Source: Octopus bimaculoides (taxonomy: Eukaryota). From it: a stretch of 64,000 bases of DNA. Positions 50,530-61,170 of the stretch are shown one piece after another. Each line of letters begins with the position of its first letter. The first letter of the stretch is position 1. Below the pieces are notes generated by a model that had not been told where the DNA came from, made no database searches, and was given only the letters and a program-made list of their open reading frames with translations. The position numbers and the translations under genes are program-made. The stretch lies in assembly GCF_001194135.2 (NCBI RefSeq), contig NC_068987.1, positions 3,353,712-3,417,711 of the forward strand, read 5' to 3'.

Positions 50530-53026
50530 GTACATGAAGTTCAAACGAATGTAAAGGGACATAACTAAGAAAGAATGTCATACTACAGTTAATTTTTACA
50601 TCTGCTTGTAATATATATATNNNNNNNNNNNNNNNNNNNNNNNNNNNNNNNNNNNNNNNNNNNNNNNNNNNNNNNNNNNNNNNNNNNNNNNNNNNNNNNN
50701 NNNNNNNNNNNNNNNNNNNNNNNNNNNNNNNNNNNNNNNNNNNNNNNNNNNNNNNNNNNNNNNNNNNNNNNNNNNNNNNNNNNNNNNNNNNNNNNNNNNN
50801 NNNNNNNNNNNNNNNNNNNNNNNNNNNNNNNNNNNNNNNNNNNNNNNNNNNNNNNNNNNNNNNNNNNNNNNNNNNNNNNNNNNNNNNNNNNNNNNNNNNN
50901 NNNNNNNNNNNNNNNNNNNNNNNNNNNNNNNNNNNNNNNNNNNNNATATATATGGAAATAAGACAAAGTAGAAATGCTAAAATACTTTTATAAAGAACAT
51001 TACAGAACCGGTTTCGATCCTTGAGATCTTTTCAGCAGTAAATATGAATAATAAAGTTTTGAAAAATTATTGAAAAATCAAATTTTGGTAAATTTAAAAG
51101 AAAAGTCTTTTAAAGACATATTTTTATAGTATTCAAATAACAGGGGCATTTCTCTTGTTTCTGCCTGTCTCTGTTTCACTTGTTAACTCTTGTGGGTTTG
51201 AAGAAGGAGTGCTCCATGGGGAAATATTACCTTGTTGGGAAACAGGTGAGGGTTGGTGACAGGAAGGGCATCCAGCCATAGAAAATCTGCCTGACCCATG
51301 CAAGTACAGAAAAGTGGACATTATGATGATGATGATGATGGCTACCAAACATTCAATACACAGGCTCCTAAATGATTTAGTAAATGACTAGGTTTTACAG
51401 AAAAGACCATCAGGTAAAGCAATCCAATATTGAAGATTTACTTTTGAGTCTGTAACTTCATTGTTTTCGGCTGTCATTTCTGTTCCATCTTCATTGAGAC
51501 CTTGTTCTTGAAGACTGTAGTACTGCTTTGGTTTTTCCCAAACAGATTCTGAAGACAGAAACAAAATTATGGAATGAAATAATAAATAAAAATAAATTTG
51601 TCAAGAAATTATGGTAAATAGGTAAATGGTTGAAAGAAGACCTAACAGAGGTGTAAGCGTGGTTGTGTGGTGAGAAGTTTGCTTCCCAACCACATGGTTC
51701 CAGGTTCAGTCCCACTGAATGGTACCTAGGACCAACCAATGCTTTGTGAGTGGATTTGGTAAGTGGAAACTGAAAGAAGCTTGCCATGTGTGTGTGTATG
51801 TGTATGTGTATGCATATACATATATTTATGCATGTATATGTGTTTGTGCTTGTTTTTGTGACTGCCTCCTTTCCTAAATATCAAGAAATAGCTGTGAGTG
51901 TCACAGTCGTACAAGCAGTGTCCTTCATTTCCGGTCTTTTGAGACATGTCTGGTTATAGGGAAATATTACTTTACTTGGAAAAGGTAAGGGTTGGTGACA
52001 GGAAGGGCATCCATCTGGCTGTAGAAAATCTGCCTCAACAAATACGATCTGGCCCATGTGAGCATGGGAAAGTGGACATTAAAATGATGATAATGATGAG
52101 GAGGATAGGATGGCTAATAGTGTGTAAAGTCTGACAGAGTTGGCCATTTGAAACAAATAACCACAAGATTCAAGACTTAAAATGCAAAGATAAATAAGAG
52201 GTATTCAAAGAATTTACCATTAGTTTTAGTGTTCCAATAATAATGGTAGCCTTCATCTGAAACAGCTTCATACCAGTCTGTTGCTTCCTCTTCAGTTTGC
52301 TGTTCTTCCTCTTCAGGTTTACCAATATTATCTGGATTTTCGGAATCTGTAGTTTCTGCAGCCACTGTTTCTGTCTGAAGAACTGGTTTGTTAACAGGAA
52401 TATCATTATCAGAACCACCTGAATTAAAGAAATATAATTACACAATAAGTTTTCAAAGCATTTAAAAGGTTTATGTAGTTTAAAGAACCACAACATCATC
52501 GCCATCACAATCATCATTTAGTGATGATGATGATGATGAATAAAGTATTTTTTAAATATCTTTCTTGTATAGAAATTGAACTTTTCCTCTATAGATTAAA
52601 TCTTAACTCAGATCACTTTTGATGCCGGAAATGGCAGGAAGTTTTATCTTTAAAAATTCTTTTCTAAGCATTGTCAATGAATATAGTTTTAAGAAGAGAA
52701 TGTTGAAAAATGGACAGAAATAAGAACAAATTGGAAACAAAATCAAAAATTAAATAAAGAATTCATTTCTTACTTTGTTTTTTGGTTGGCAGAGAGATAC
52801 CATATTGTTTGGCTAATGAAGGGTCATTAATTATATCTTTCTTAAAAGCTTCTAAAGCTGCCTGTAAAAAAGAGAAAAGACAAGATTTCATTCTGAACCA
52901 CAGGATTATTCTTTGTAAGCCTGGTACTTATTCTATCGGTGTCTTTTGCTGAACTGTTAAGTTACGGGGACATAAACACACCAACATCGGTTGTCAAGCA
53001 ATGGTGGAGGGGACAGATACAGACAC

Positions 53027-53059
<33 letters not shown>

Positions 53060-56000
53060 CTTTTCTACTCTAGGCACGAGGCCCGAAATTTTTGGAGGGA
53101 ATGGGCCAATCAATGAGATCAACCCCCAGTTCACAACTGGTACTTAGTTTATTGATCCCGAAANNNNNNNNNNNNNNNNNNNNNNNNNNNNNNNNNNNNN
53201 NNNNNNNNNNNNNNNNNNNNNNNNNNNNNNNNNNNNNNNNNNNNNNNNNNNNNNNNNNNNNNNNNNNNNNNNNNNNNNNNNNNNNNNNNNNNNNNNNNNN
53301 NNNNNNNNNNNNNNNNNNNNNNNNNNNNNNNNNNNNNNNNNNNNNNNNNNNNNNNNNNNNNNNNNNNNNNNNNNNNNNNNNNNNNNNNNNNNNNNNNNNN
53401 NNNNNNNNNNNNNNNNNNNNNNNNNNNNNNNNNNNNNNNNNNNNNNNNNNNNNNNNNNNNNNNNNNNNNNNNNNNNNNNNNNNNNNNNNNNNNNNNNNNN
53501 NNNNNNNNNNNNTCATCGTTTAACGTCCGCTTTCCATGCTAGCATGGGTTGGACGACTTGACTGAGGACTGGTGAAACCGGATGGCAACACCAGGCTCCA
53601 ATCTAAATTTGGCAGAGTTTCTACAGCTGGATGCCCTTCCTAACGCCAACCACTCAGAGAGTGTAGTAGGTGCTTTTACGTGTCACCTGCACGAAGGCCA
53701 GTCAGGCGATACTGGCAACGGCCACGCTCGAAATGGTGTCTTTTATGTGCCACCCGCACAAGCCAGTCCAGGGGCACTGGCAACGATCTCGCTCGAAATC
53801 CTACGGAAGCCAGTCAGGCGGTGCTAATAATTCTTCTGGCTTGCAAAGATTGGACTGATTGTCACAGTCTAAATTAGTTCATGTTAGGAGTTACTGTCTT
53901 CCTATACGGAGGAACACATCTTCTTTGTACATTCCATATTCAGCATGGTTTCTTTCTATACTGGTTGCCTTTTCTGACTCCAACCACTTAACAGAGCATA
54001 TTGGGTGCATCTTATTGTGACACTGGCACACTAGAAAGGTTGTCACATCCACTTATGGGTCTCATTTTACACCTGAGTTTCTAAATAAATAACAGCATTG
54101 AGTGCTGCCTACCAATATAGTATCTTAAAGAACAAAACTATGTGAGGAAATTTGTATTATTTTTATAAACAATATTTTGTGGATATGTCAAAATATGTCA
54201 AATCAAGTGAAAAGATATGACGTGCCATAACGTCAACAATTGCTTATGTTAAAGTTTGCAAAGGAAATGCCTTTAAATGACAATGAAGTCAACTATTTTG
54301 TTGTTGAAACTGAATCAAGTCACACACTTATAAATTTGCAGACTTTGTCATATTTTTTCTTATATGATTCATTTTTGTGAAAACCGGTGTCGTTGCTTAA
54401 AGGTCTCCATCAGAGTAAGCATGGTTTCACCGTATTTATGATGAAGACAANNNNNNNNNNAAAATATGTCAAATCAAGTGAAAAGATATGACGTGCCATA
54501 ACGTCAACAATTGCTTATGTTAAAGTTTGCAAAGGAAATGCCTTTAAATGACAATGAAGTCAACTATTTTGTTGTTGAAACTGAATCAAGTCACACACTT
54601 ATAAATTTGCAGACTTTGTCATATTTTTTCTTATATGATTCATTTTTGTGAAAACCGGTGTCGTTGCTTAAAGGTCTCCATCAGAGTAAGCATGGTTTCA
54701 CCGTATTTATGATGAAGACAATGACGACAAGGGGGGGGGGGGGTTAACTTGGGAAGAATAAATAGAAGTTATTTTTTGGTCAATATGTCAATTCCTTACT
54801 GTTGGAGACAGACACACATCATCATTATCACCATCATTTAAATACCATTTTCCATGCTGGTGTGGTTTGGACAGCTTGACAGGAGCTGGTAAGGCCGCAC
54901 CAGGTTCCATAGACTGTTTTGGCCTGGTTTCTACACCTGGATGCCCTTCCTAATATCAACCACTTTACAGAGTGTACTGGGTGCTTTTTACATGGCACCA
55001 TCACCAATGCTCTTTACAGAACACCTTGGTTTTAGAATATCAAGTCAAGGTGCAAGCATTTTTCTCCTCTGAAATTTCAAATGATATTTATTCAGGTCAG
55101 ATGATGCAAATATTGTAATTTAAAACAACTTATTTGCTAGAAAATACTCAATATAGTGTGATTTTGAATATTAATGGTACTATATTTTACAAATGATATA
55201 CATTAATCTATATTCAACACTTTAATGTAGGAATTTTTATTTGAAATCACATTTTGGCAAGGAGGCACATGTGGCAATTAGCTTCAGGTGTAACTGCGAC
55301 TTCCTAGATCTGACTTCATTCCCTTCATCTTACTCTGTCTTTATTTGTTATACATTTACTCATCTTGCTTCAATCTGTAACTAAATTTTCCTCAAATTAT
55401 ACCATCTTTAAGAAGGACATGACACATTGGATAAGATAGTCCTGGATATACTATGCTTGGATAAAATATCTGGGATGGTCATAGTCGGAACACACTTGAT
55501 CATCTATGTATTTGGAGCAGATTTGATGGTCTAACAACTATAACAACAACCCCTTAATATATTTACTGCTTATTCAAATTATTTAGAAGCTGGAGAAAAA
55601 GGGGACGACATCAATCCTTTAGCATTCAGATTATCCTGTTAAATGTAATCTTATTTAGTCAGATTATTTTGAATTAATGCTTTATTATCTTGTAGCTCTG
55701 AGATTTCAATAACATGATTGTAAATTTTTAGAATGACATTGTAGTGAAGGTGTGAAAGATTGGATATGGTCAGGATCAACATAGAACAGGTAGACTTTTG
55801 GGGCCAGATAAAACTGGATTAAATACTAAAGGCTTAATGAGTAGAAATATTAAATATTATACATCTAGATTTGAAATAGTTGAGAAAAATATAAGAAATT
55901 TTTACTAACTGCATCAATTTTCTTCCGCACATTTTCTTGATGGCGTTTCCCCTTCTCATGAAATTCAATACTCTGAAAAAAATTGTTTTTAAATTTAAAA

Positions 56001-58311
56001 TTATTTCATATGTTTCTTCTGAAATAGGCAGGGATTTGCAAATGTATAAAAATTTGAAGTGAATAACAGCCATTAGACTATAGTTTATTTCGGTCATAAA
56101 ACATAATAGCATTCTGTTTGCATTCATTTAATTATGTAGAAGAAATATTATTTTTGCTCTTATAATAGTCCCAGGACAACCAAAGCTTTGTGAGTGGATT
56201 TGATGGATGGAAACATCATAGAGTTTGGTTTGTTTACTGTGTGGTTTGGCAAAAAGAGACCAACAGAATCAGTACCAGGTTTAAAAAATAAGTTTGACTA
56301 AAAATTCTGAAAGGCAGTGCCTCAGCATGGCCACAGTGCAATGACTGAAACGAGTAAAAGACAAAAGATAACGGAAGAAGTATGAGGCTTGAAAAAAAAA
56401 AGACTGGGGTTGATGTGTTCAATTAAAAATTTCTGAAAGCGAAGCCCCAGCATGGCCATGGTCTAATGACTGAAACAAGATACACACGCACCCGCACACA
56501 TGATGGGCTTCATTCAGTTTCCATCTACCAAATCCAATCACAATGATCCAGGGCTATAGCAGATGACACTTGCCCAAAGTGCCACACAAGTGGAAGTGAA
56601 CCCTAAACCATACGACCAGGAAGCAAATCTCTTGACCACACAGCCACAACTATGGTTGCTCTGTGAATGACTGCAAAACCCAAATGCAAAGAGATATCAA
56701 ACAATAACAAAATAAATGGCAAAATGAAATTGGCCAAAATTATACTCAACTGGTTTATTTTCAGTAAGCCAACATTTACAAAATTCACAAAACTTCCTTG
56801 GCTGGGATTTCCAATAATCAGCCCTAAAAAAAAATGTACATCATCATCATCGTTTAACGTCCACCTTCCATGCTAGCATGGGTGGGACGGTTTCACAAGA
56901 GCCAGCCAGGCAGAAGCCTGCACCAGACTTCTGCGACTAAGAAAGAAAAAAGAAAAAAATAGGAACCAACATTACATTACACAGATTTTTAAGTATCCTA
57001 TAGAAAAACGAATACGTTAGCCTACGTTACCTTTATATATGTTATATATGTTAGCTAACATTGAGGAGGAGACCCCCTTCGGTCATCAGTGACCATGGGA
57101 TTGCACCTAGAAAGTTACCCTCCGAAGGCAAGGTTGTTTGTGGAAGGCCAGCAGCTGCCCATGCACACCACCCTCCCCTCTCCACACCACTAGTGTTATG
57201 CAAGGGAAAGGCAAAGGGGCCGATACAGCTTGGCACCAGTGATGTCGCAACTCATTTCTACAGCTGAGTTAACGTAAAATAAAGTGTCTTGCTCAAGAAC
57301 ACAACACGCAGCCCGGTCCGGGAATCAAACTCACAACCTCACGATTGTCCAGCACTTCAAGTCAGCTAACCAGTTTCACACTAGCTCTGCGTTGTGTACA
57401 AGGGCAAGACTCTTTAGAAATGTCGCCCTTCTTGCTAAAAATGGGTCCCATAGGAACAACTCGCAGCTATAACCCTATAAAAATTCGTTGACATGCAGCG
57501 CCGAGTTCATCTCTTCCTGTCGAAAGAGCTGCTAGAGTCCACTCCAGTCAACAGGGCTGATCGCTCCTTGGTGGATATTAGATTAAGTAATTCTCATCAG
57601 TATTTGACAACAGAAGGTTGGACTGAAGAAAGGTCGGCTTACCCCTAAACTTGCAGATAAATTATAACAAAACTTATGAGTATTGACAATTTAACTTATA
57701 AGCAGTGTTGTTTTTAAAACGAGCCTGTTATTTGTAAAAGATGTAAAGAATGTCAACAAATGAACGAGCAATAATAAAACGGATCAATTTGCTTTGCATA
57801 ATCTCCGCTCCTACAAAACCAAATCAATTAAGCAATACTTCAATTAAGAAATTATTAATTCGAATATAAAATTTAATTGTACTGAATGAAAACTTGGAGA
57901 TCTGTAGGTCATCTAATTATCCTTAATTTTTTTTATAAGTTATGATAATGATTATTATTTTCGGTGAAAAAATTACAATAAATCTAGGTTTAAATAATCA
58001 ATTTTAAAAATGGGTTTAGTTAAATATGGCAAATAATAACAATAATAGTTTTAATGCAATTTAGAAGTTCTCAGAGATAATGAGAAGAATCATCAATATT
58101 TGAAGACCACAGGTTGAAAATAATTTCCATAATTGAAATAATATAAGGCTAATTTCATTCTTATAAAATACGTATATGTTTTTCAAAGTGCTTTTTACGC
58201 CATCCTCTGTTCGTAATTTTCAGTTATTTATTAAATATTTGTTCTTAAACGAGGAAATAAAGTAAACTATTATGGAATTGGTCTGAAATGCCAGACAAGA
58301 CAAACTTACAT
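48328..58311 (-). CDS. WBP4: WW domain-binding protein 4 (FBP21; U1-type zinc finger plus WW domain), 8 visible coding exons
   Basis: Spliced translation MADYWKSQPRKFCEFCKCW...SIEFHEKGKRHQENV (matrin zinc finger), AALEAFKKD, WW domain DWYEAVSDEGYHYYWNTKTNESVWEKP, AYGQW, and C-terminal VDYELP...FKEK...AFKKRK...RNIR. Confidence 0.95.
48740..49680 (+). mobile_element. RTE LINE 3' portion with ~42-bp internal repeats and tail
   Basis: RIRLGWAKFRELL...AMLHGSETWALT...WYGHVM...GRGRPRKIW, then repeated ttgggcctca..ggcaaagtggctga unit and the family B tail. Confidence 0.88.
49781..49959 (-). CDS. WBP4: WBP4 exon (ESEIEKEAEKTEA...SAYGQWTTYEKT)
   Basis: TTTTTAG acceptor, GTATGG donor, YGxW motif. Confidence 0.9.
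50051..50247 (+). mobile_element. Mariner-derived MITE
   Basis: GAGGGTGTGCTGAAAAGTTCCTGG / CTAGGAACTTTCCAGCAGCCCCT TIRs; residual CNKCVNLRREYVQ*. Confidence 0.7.
51001..51040 (-). ncRNA. Degenerate minimal hammerhead motif (G8A)
   Basis: UACUG-CUGAAAA-GAUC(UCAAG)GAUC-GAAA-CCGG-UU-CUGUA with palindromic ACCGGU. Confidence 0.45.
51442..51548 (-). CDS. WBP4: WBP4 exon (ESVWEKPKQYY...EVTDSK)
   Basis: Completes the WW domain; CTTCAG acceptor, GTAAAT donor. Confidence 0.92.
52218..52418 (-). CDS. WBP4: WBP4 exon with acidic linker and the N-terminal part of the WW domain
   Basis: TTCAG acceptor, GTAAAT donor, phases 1/1. Confidence 0.93.
52801..52861 (-). CDS. WBP4: WBP4 exon (AALEAFKKDIINDPSLAKQY)
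   Basis: TTTTACAG acceptor, GTATCT donor. Confidence 0.9.
55612..55836. mobile_element. piggyBac-type MITE, second family
   Basis: cctttagcattc ... aatactaaaggc|ttaa degenerate TIRs. Confidence 0.5.
55910..55972 (-). CDS. WBP4: WBP4 exon 3 (SIEFHEKGKRHQENVRKKIDA)
   Basis: TTTTCAG acceptor, GTTAGT donor. Confidence 0.95.
56751..56823 (-). CDS. WBP4: WBP4 exon 2 (ADYWKSQPRKFCEFCKCWLTENKP)
   Basis: TTTTTAG acceptor, GTTGAG donor. Confidence 0.95.
57060..57350 (-). mobile_element. tRNA-derived SINE, family D, in WBP4 intron 1
   Basis: tRNA-like head gtgaggttgtgagtttgattcccgg and body actcagctgtagaaatgagttgcgac. Confidence 0.6.
58310..58311 (-). CDS. WBP4: WBP4 exon 1 coding part: the AT of a split start codon
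   Basis: Minus strand GGAACC-AT|GTAAGT; the next exon begins with G GCT GAT TAT TGG. Confidence 0.75.
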
Positions 58312-58333
58312 GGTTCCACCAGAAGTTTATTGT

Positions 58334-58343
58334 ACGCATGCGC
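58334..58343. promoter_or_regulatory. NRF-1-like GCATGCG element just upstream of the WBP4 start
   Basis: ACGCATGCGC about 25 bp upstream of the start codon; near match to the GCGCATGCGC consensus. Confidence 0.3.
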
Positions 58344-59618
58344 CAACAAGCACCACAACAACACCAGCAGCAGCAGCAACACTTAATGAAACAATTGAAA
58401 TGGTTACAGACTTAGCGAGAGGGAGTGGGTATCCATGTAGTCTCTTGATTTGGTAGTAACAGCAGCCAAACCTCCCTCAAATCACACCTTATCAAAAATA
58501 GAAAACATAGATAATGTATTTCCAACTAAAAATAAAACTAAATGCTCGAAGATGGTGTTTTTTTAATAAAGAACTATTCGTGGGGGGGTTTTTTGAGAGG
58601 AGGGGGGAATTAAGAACCATGTCTCGTAGAATATGATGTAATTTTTTTTTAAATTATTTTTTTCTGATTAATCGTAATAAAATTATTAATATATAATATT
58701 TTCTGATAACTAATTCATGCAATCACTTTTTATAAAGAAGTAATAAAATTATTAAATAATCACTTGTAACAAATTAAAACCAATTTAATTTTAAAACGGA
58801 ATCAGCTGAGGTTGACACGATGCAACAATTTCAAGAAATCTTATCTAAATGATCATTTAATTGTTGCAAATGTAAATAAAATTATCTTAAAGTCAGAGAC
58901 AAACACATAATTCTTCCTCGTTCAATTTTTGTTCTAAAAGCGCTAAAAAAAAAAGTTAAAGTTGTATCTATGCCATTGTTCACTTTTATACATACATACA
59001 TACATACATATATGTGTGCATATATCTATATGCGTGTCTTTGTGCTTGGCTCCCCCTCCACCGGCGTTTGTTTGTTTATGTCCCCGTAATTTAGCCGTTC
59101 AACAAAAGACGATAGACTAAGTACTACGCTAAAAAATAAATAAGTACTGGAGTCGATTTGTTTCGATTAAAAACCCTTCAACTCAGTGTCCCAGTATGGC
59201 CGCAGTCCAATGACTGAAACAAGTAAAACGATACATATGTATGTATGTGTTTATGTGTGTCATGTACGTACGTATGAATGCATGTATGCGTGTATGTATG
59301 TATGTGTGTGTGTGTGTGTGTACGTACGTATGAATGCATCTATGTATGTATGCGTGTATGTATGTGTGTACGCATGAATGTATGTATGCGTGTATGTATG
59401 TGTGTACGTATGAATGTATGTATGTATGTATAATAAAAGCAGCCGACGTAAATATCAGAGGAGGTTTAATAATATCGAGTTGCTCGGTGATAAGAAGTAA
59501 CAACGTGACCCTCTTTAAATCGTCGACCAATGAGAATCGCCGTTAGTTGTTCGGTGAGAGACTACAGGAAGCAACCCCGTCTCCATGAAATGTATAAATA
59601 GAATCTGTTTCAGGTGTC

Positions 59619-59838
59619 ATGGCGCAGGCTCGGTTGGCGATGTTCTCTCGTTTCTTCCGACAAAACCAACCAAGACCCATCACTTCTGCTGTTTGTTGTG
59701 TGTTTATTTCATGACAGCTTTCTACCAGTTTCGTTTCTTTCAATATCAGGATTTCTCCAGTTTTTAAGGAATATAAATGAAGTACGAATATTATTAATAT
59801 TATTGCAAGAAAAAAATGATAAGACAACTGAAGGAATG
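59619..59838 (+). other. Candidate first-exon region of a gene divergent from WBP4
   Basis: CCAAT at 59527; ATGGCG opens MAQARLAMFSRFFRQNQPRPITSA (presequence-like, stop at 59712 unless spliced); strong ATG|gtaaga donor at 59838/59839. Confidence 0.3.
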
Positions 59839-60863
59839 GTAAGACACGATCGTTGTTATTCGACTCAAGCATCATCATATTGTGATTTCTGTTGAGGATA
59901 AATCGCAAAATCTGGATATATAATATAAAATACAACATCGAAGAATAAAAGAATCAAGCGATCTGACGCAAATAACATCGTTGGTATTTCTGCTGCTTTT
60001 CTTACCAAAATTCGAAGCCAAACTCTTGTGCTGTAGACTCAAGGACAACTTCAGTTTCCACTACACAGGGCCATTAGAATTGTGTACAAAAAAATCTGAC
60101 AATATTATGAGCCTTGTGCAAAGCTTTTTAGCTTAGGAAATGGATTGCAATTATTAAAATGGTGAGTGGAAATTATTAATTTGATCGTTTATAATCTAAA
60201 GTGCTTTCATTATTTTTTTATTTTCCAATCGTTGCTGTTTAATGTCGGCATTGATGTGTGTGTGTGTCTATGTTTAAATTCTGTAACTGTTGCATTTCTA
60301 ATTAACTGCGTTGCACGCTCTCTTCCATATTTCTGTTTATTTCACATGTGATGCAGAAATTGCAATCTAAACCATTCCTGATAAATTTAATGCAATAGTT
60401 CTTTTCAATCCATTTATGTCTGCATCACATTTAAACCCATCAATGTTTATTTCTTTATTATTTTATGTTGCATTTATTTGAATCGTTCTAATTACATCCA
60501 TCCATCGTTGCTGCCAAAAACAGTGGGAAATATGATTTTTTTTTCTTTTTGAGTATGAAAATAGTAAAATATTTCATTTTCGTTTAAAGCCCTGTGTGTG
60601 TGTGTGTGTGTGTATGTGTCTGTGTGTGTGCGGTGTTTTGAGGTTGTCCCTCCATTAAAGAAGGGAGTTAATTAGTGAAGCTCATTAAACGTAAACAATA
60701 ACAACGTTTAAAAACAGAAAATAAAACTAACCATAGAGGCTCGACATTGTCTCCTTATCTTATAATCGCAACCACATCTATTGATGTTTTACACCGATAT
60801 TAACTCTCTACCTGTCGATTTACCTGTACAACTACACAAGTCTAGCCTCAGTCGTCTTTGTTT

Positions 60864-61170
60864 CCTCATAACTTTCAGAAAAATTGATATTTTTTCATAA
60901 AATTTTCTACAAATTACTTTCAGATGATCTAGATTACGATTATATCTGAATTTTATACGAAAAAAAAAATTGGTCGACGCACACACATACGTAGGCCTAT
61001 ATACAAAATGAAAGTTTCGAAAAAAATTTGATATATGTCAATAGGTGTGCGTGTCCACCATTTGTTGATCGCTTTGCATTAAATTCTGATATAATCGTAA
61101 TCTATACCATCTGAAAAGTATTTGTAGCAAATTTTATCAGAAAGTATCCTTTTCTCAGTAAATTATGAGG
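60864..61170. mobile_element. Degenerate foldback/MITE with ~95-bp inverted arms
   Basis: 60864-60960 versus the reverse complement of 61075-61170, sharing for example ctacaaat..tttcagatg.t.tagattacgattatatc.gaattt. Confidence 0.65.

Larger units (their letters stand above)
14254..54460. other. Nine assembly gaps: 14254-14325, 15100-15167, 17222-17391, 31895-32128, 37286-37494, 39227-39541, 50621-50945, 53164-53512, 54451-54460
   Basis: Runs of N. Confidence 0.99.

Noticed and set aside
54190-54721. Exact 261-bp tandem duplication (54190-54450 and 54461-54721)
   Set aside because: The copies are identical and separated by a 10-N gap, the signature of unmerged overlapping contig ends
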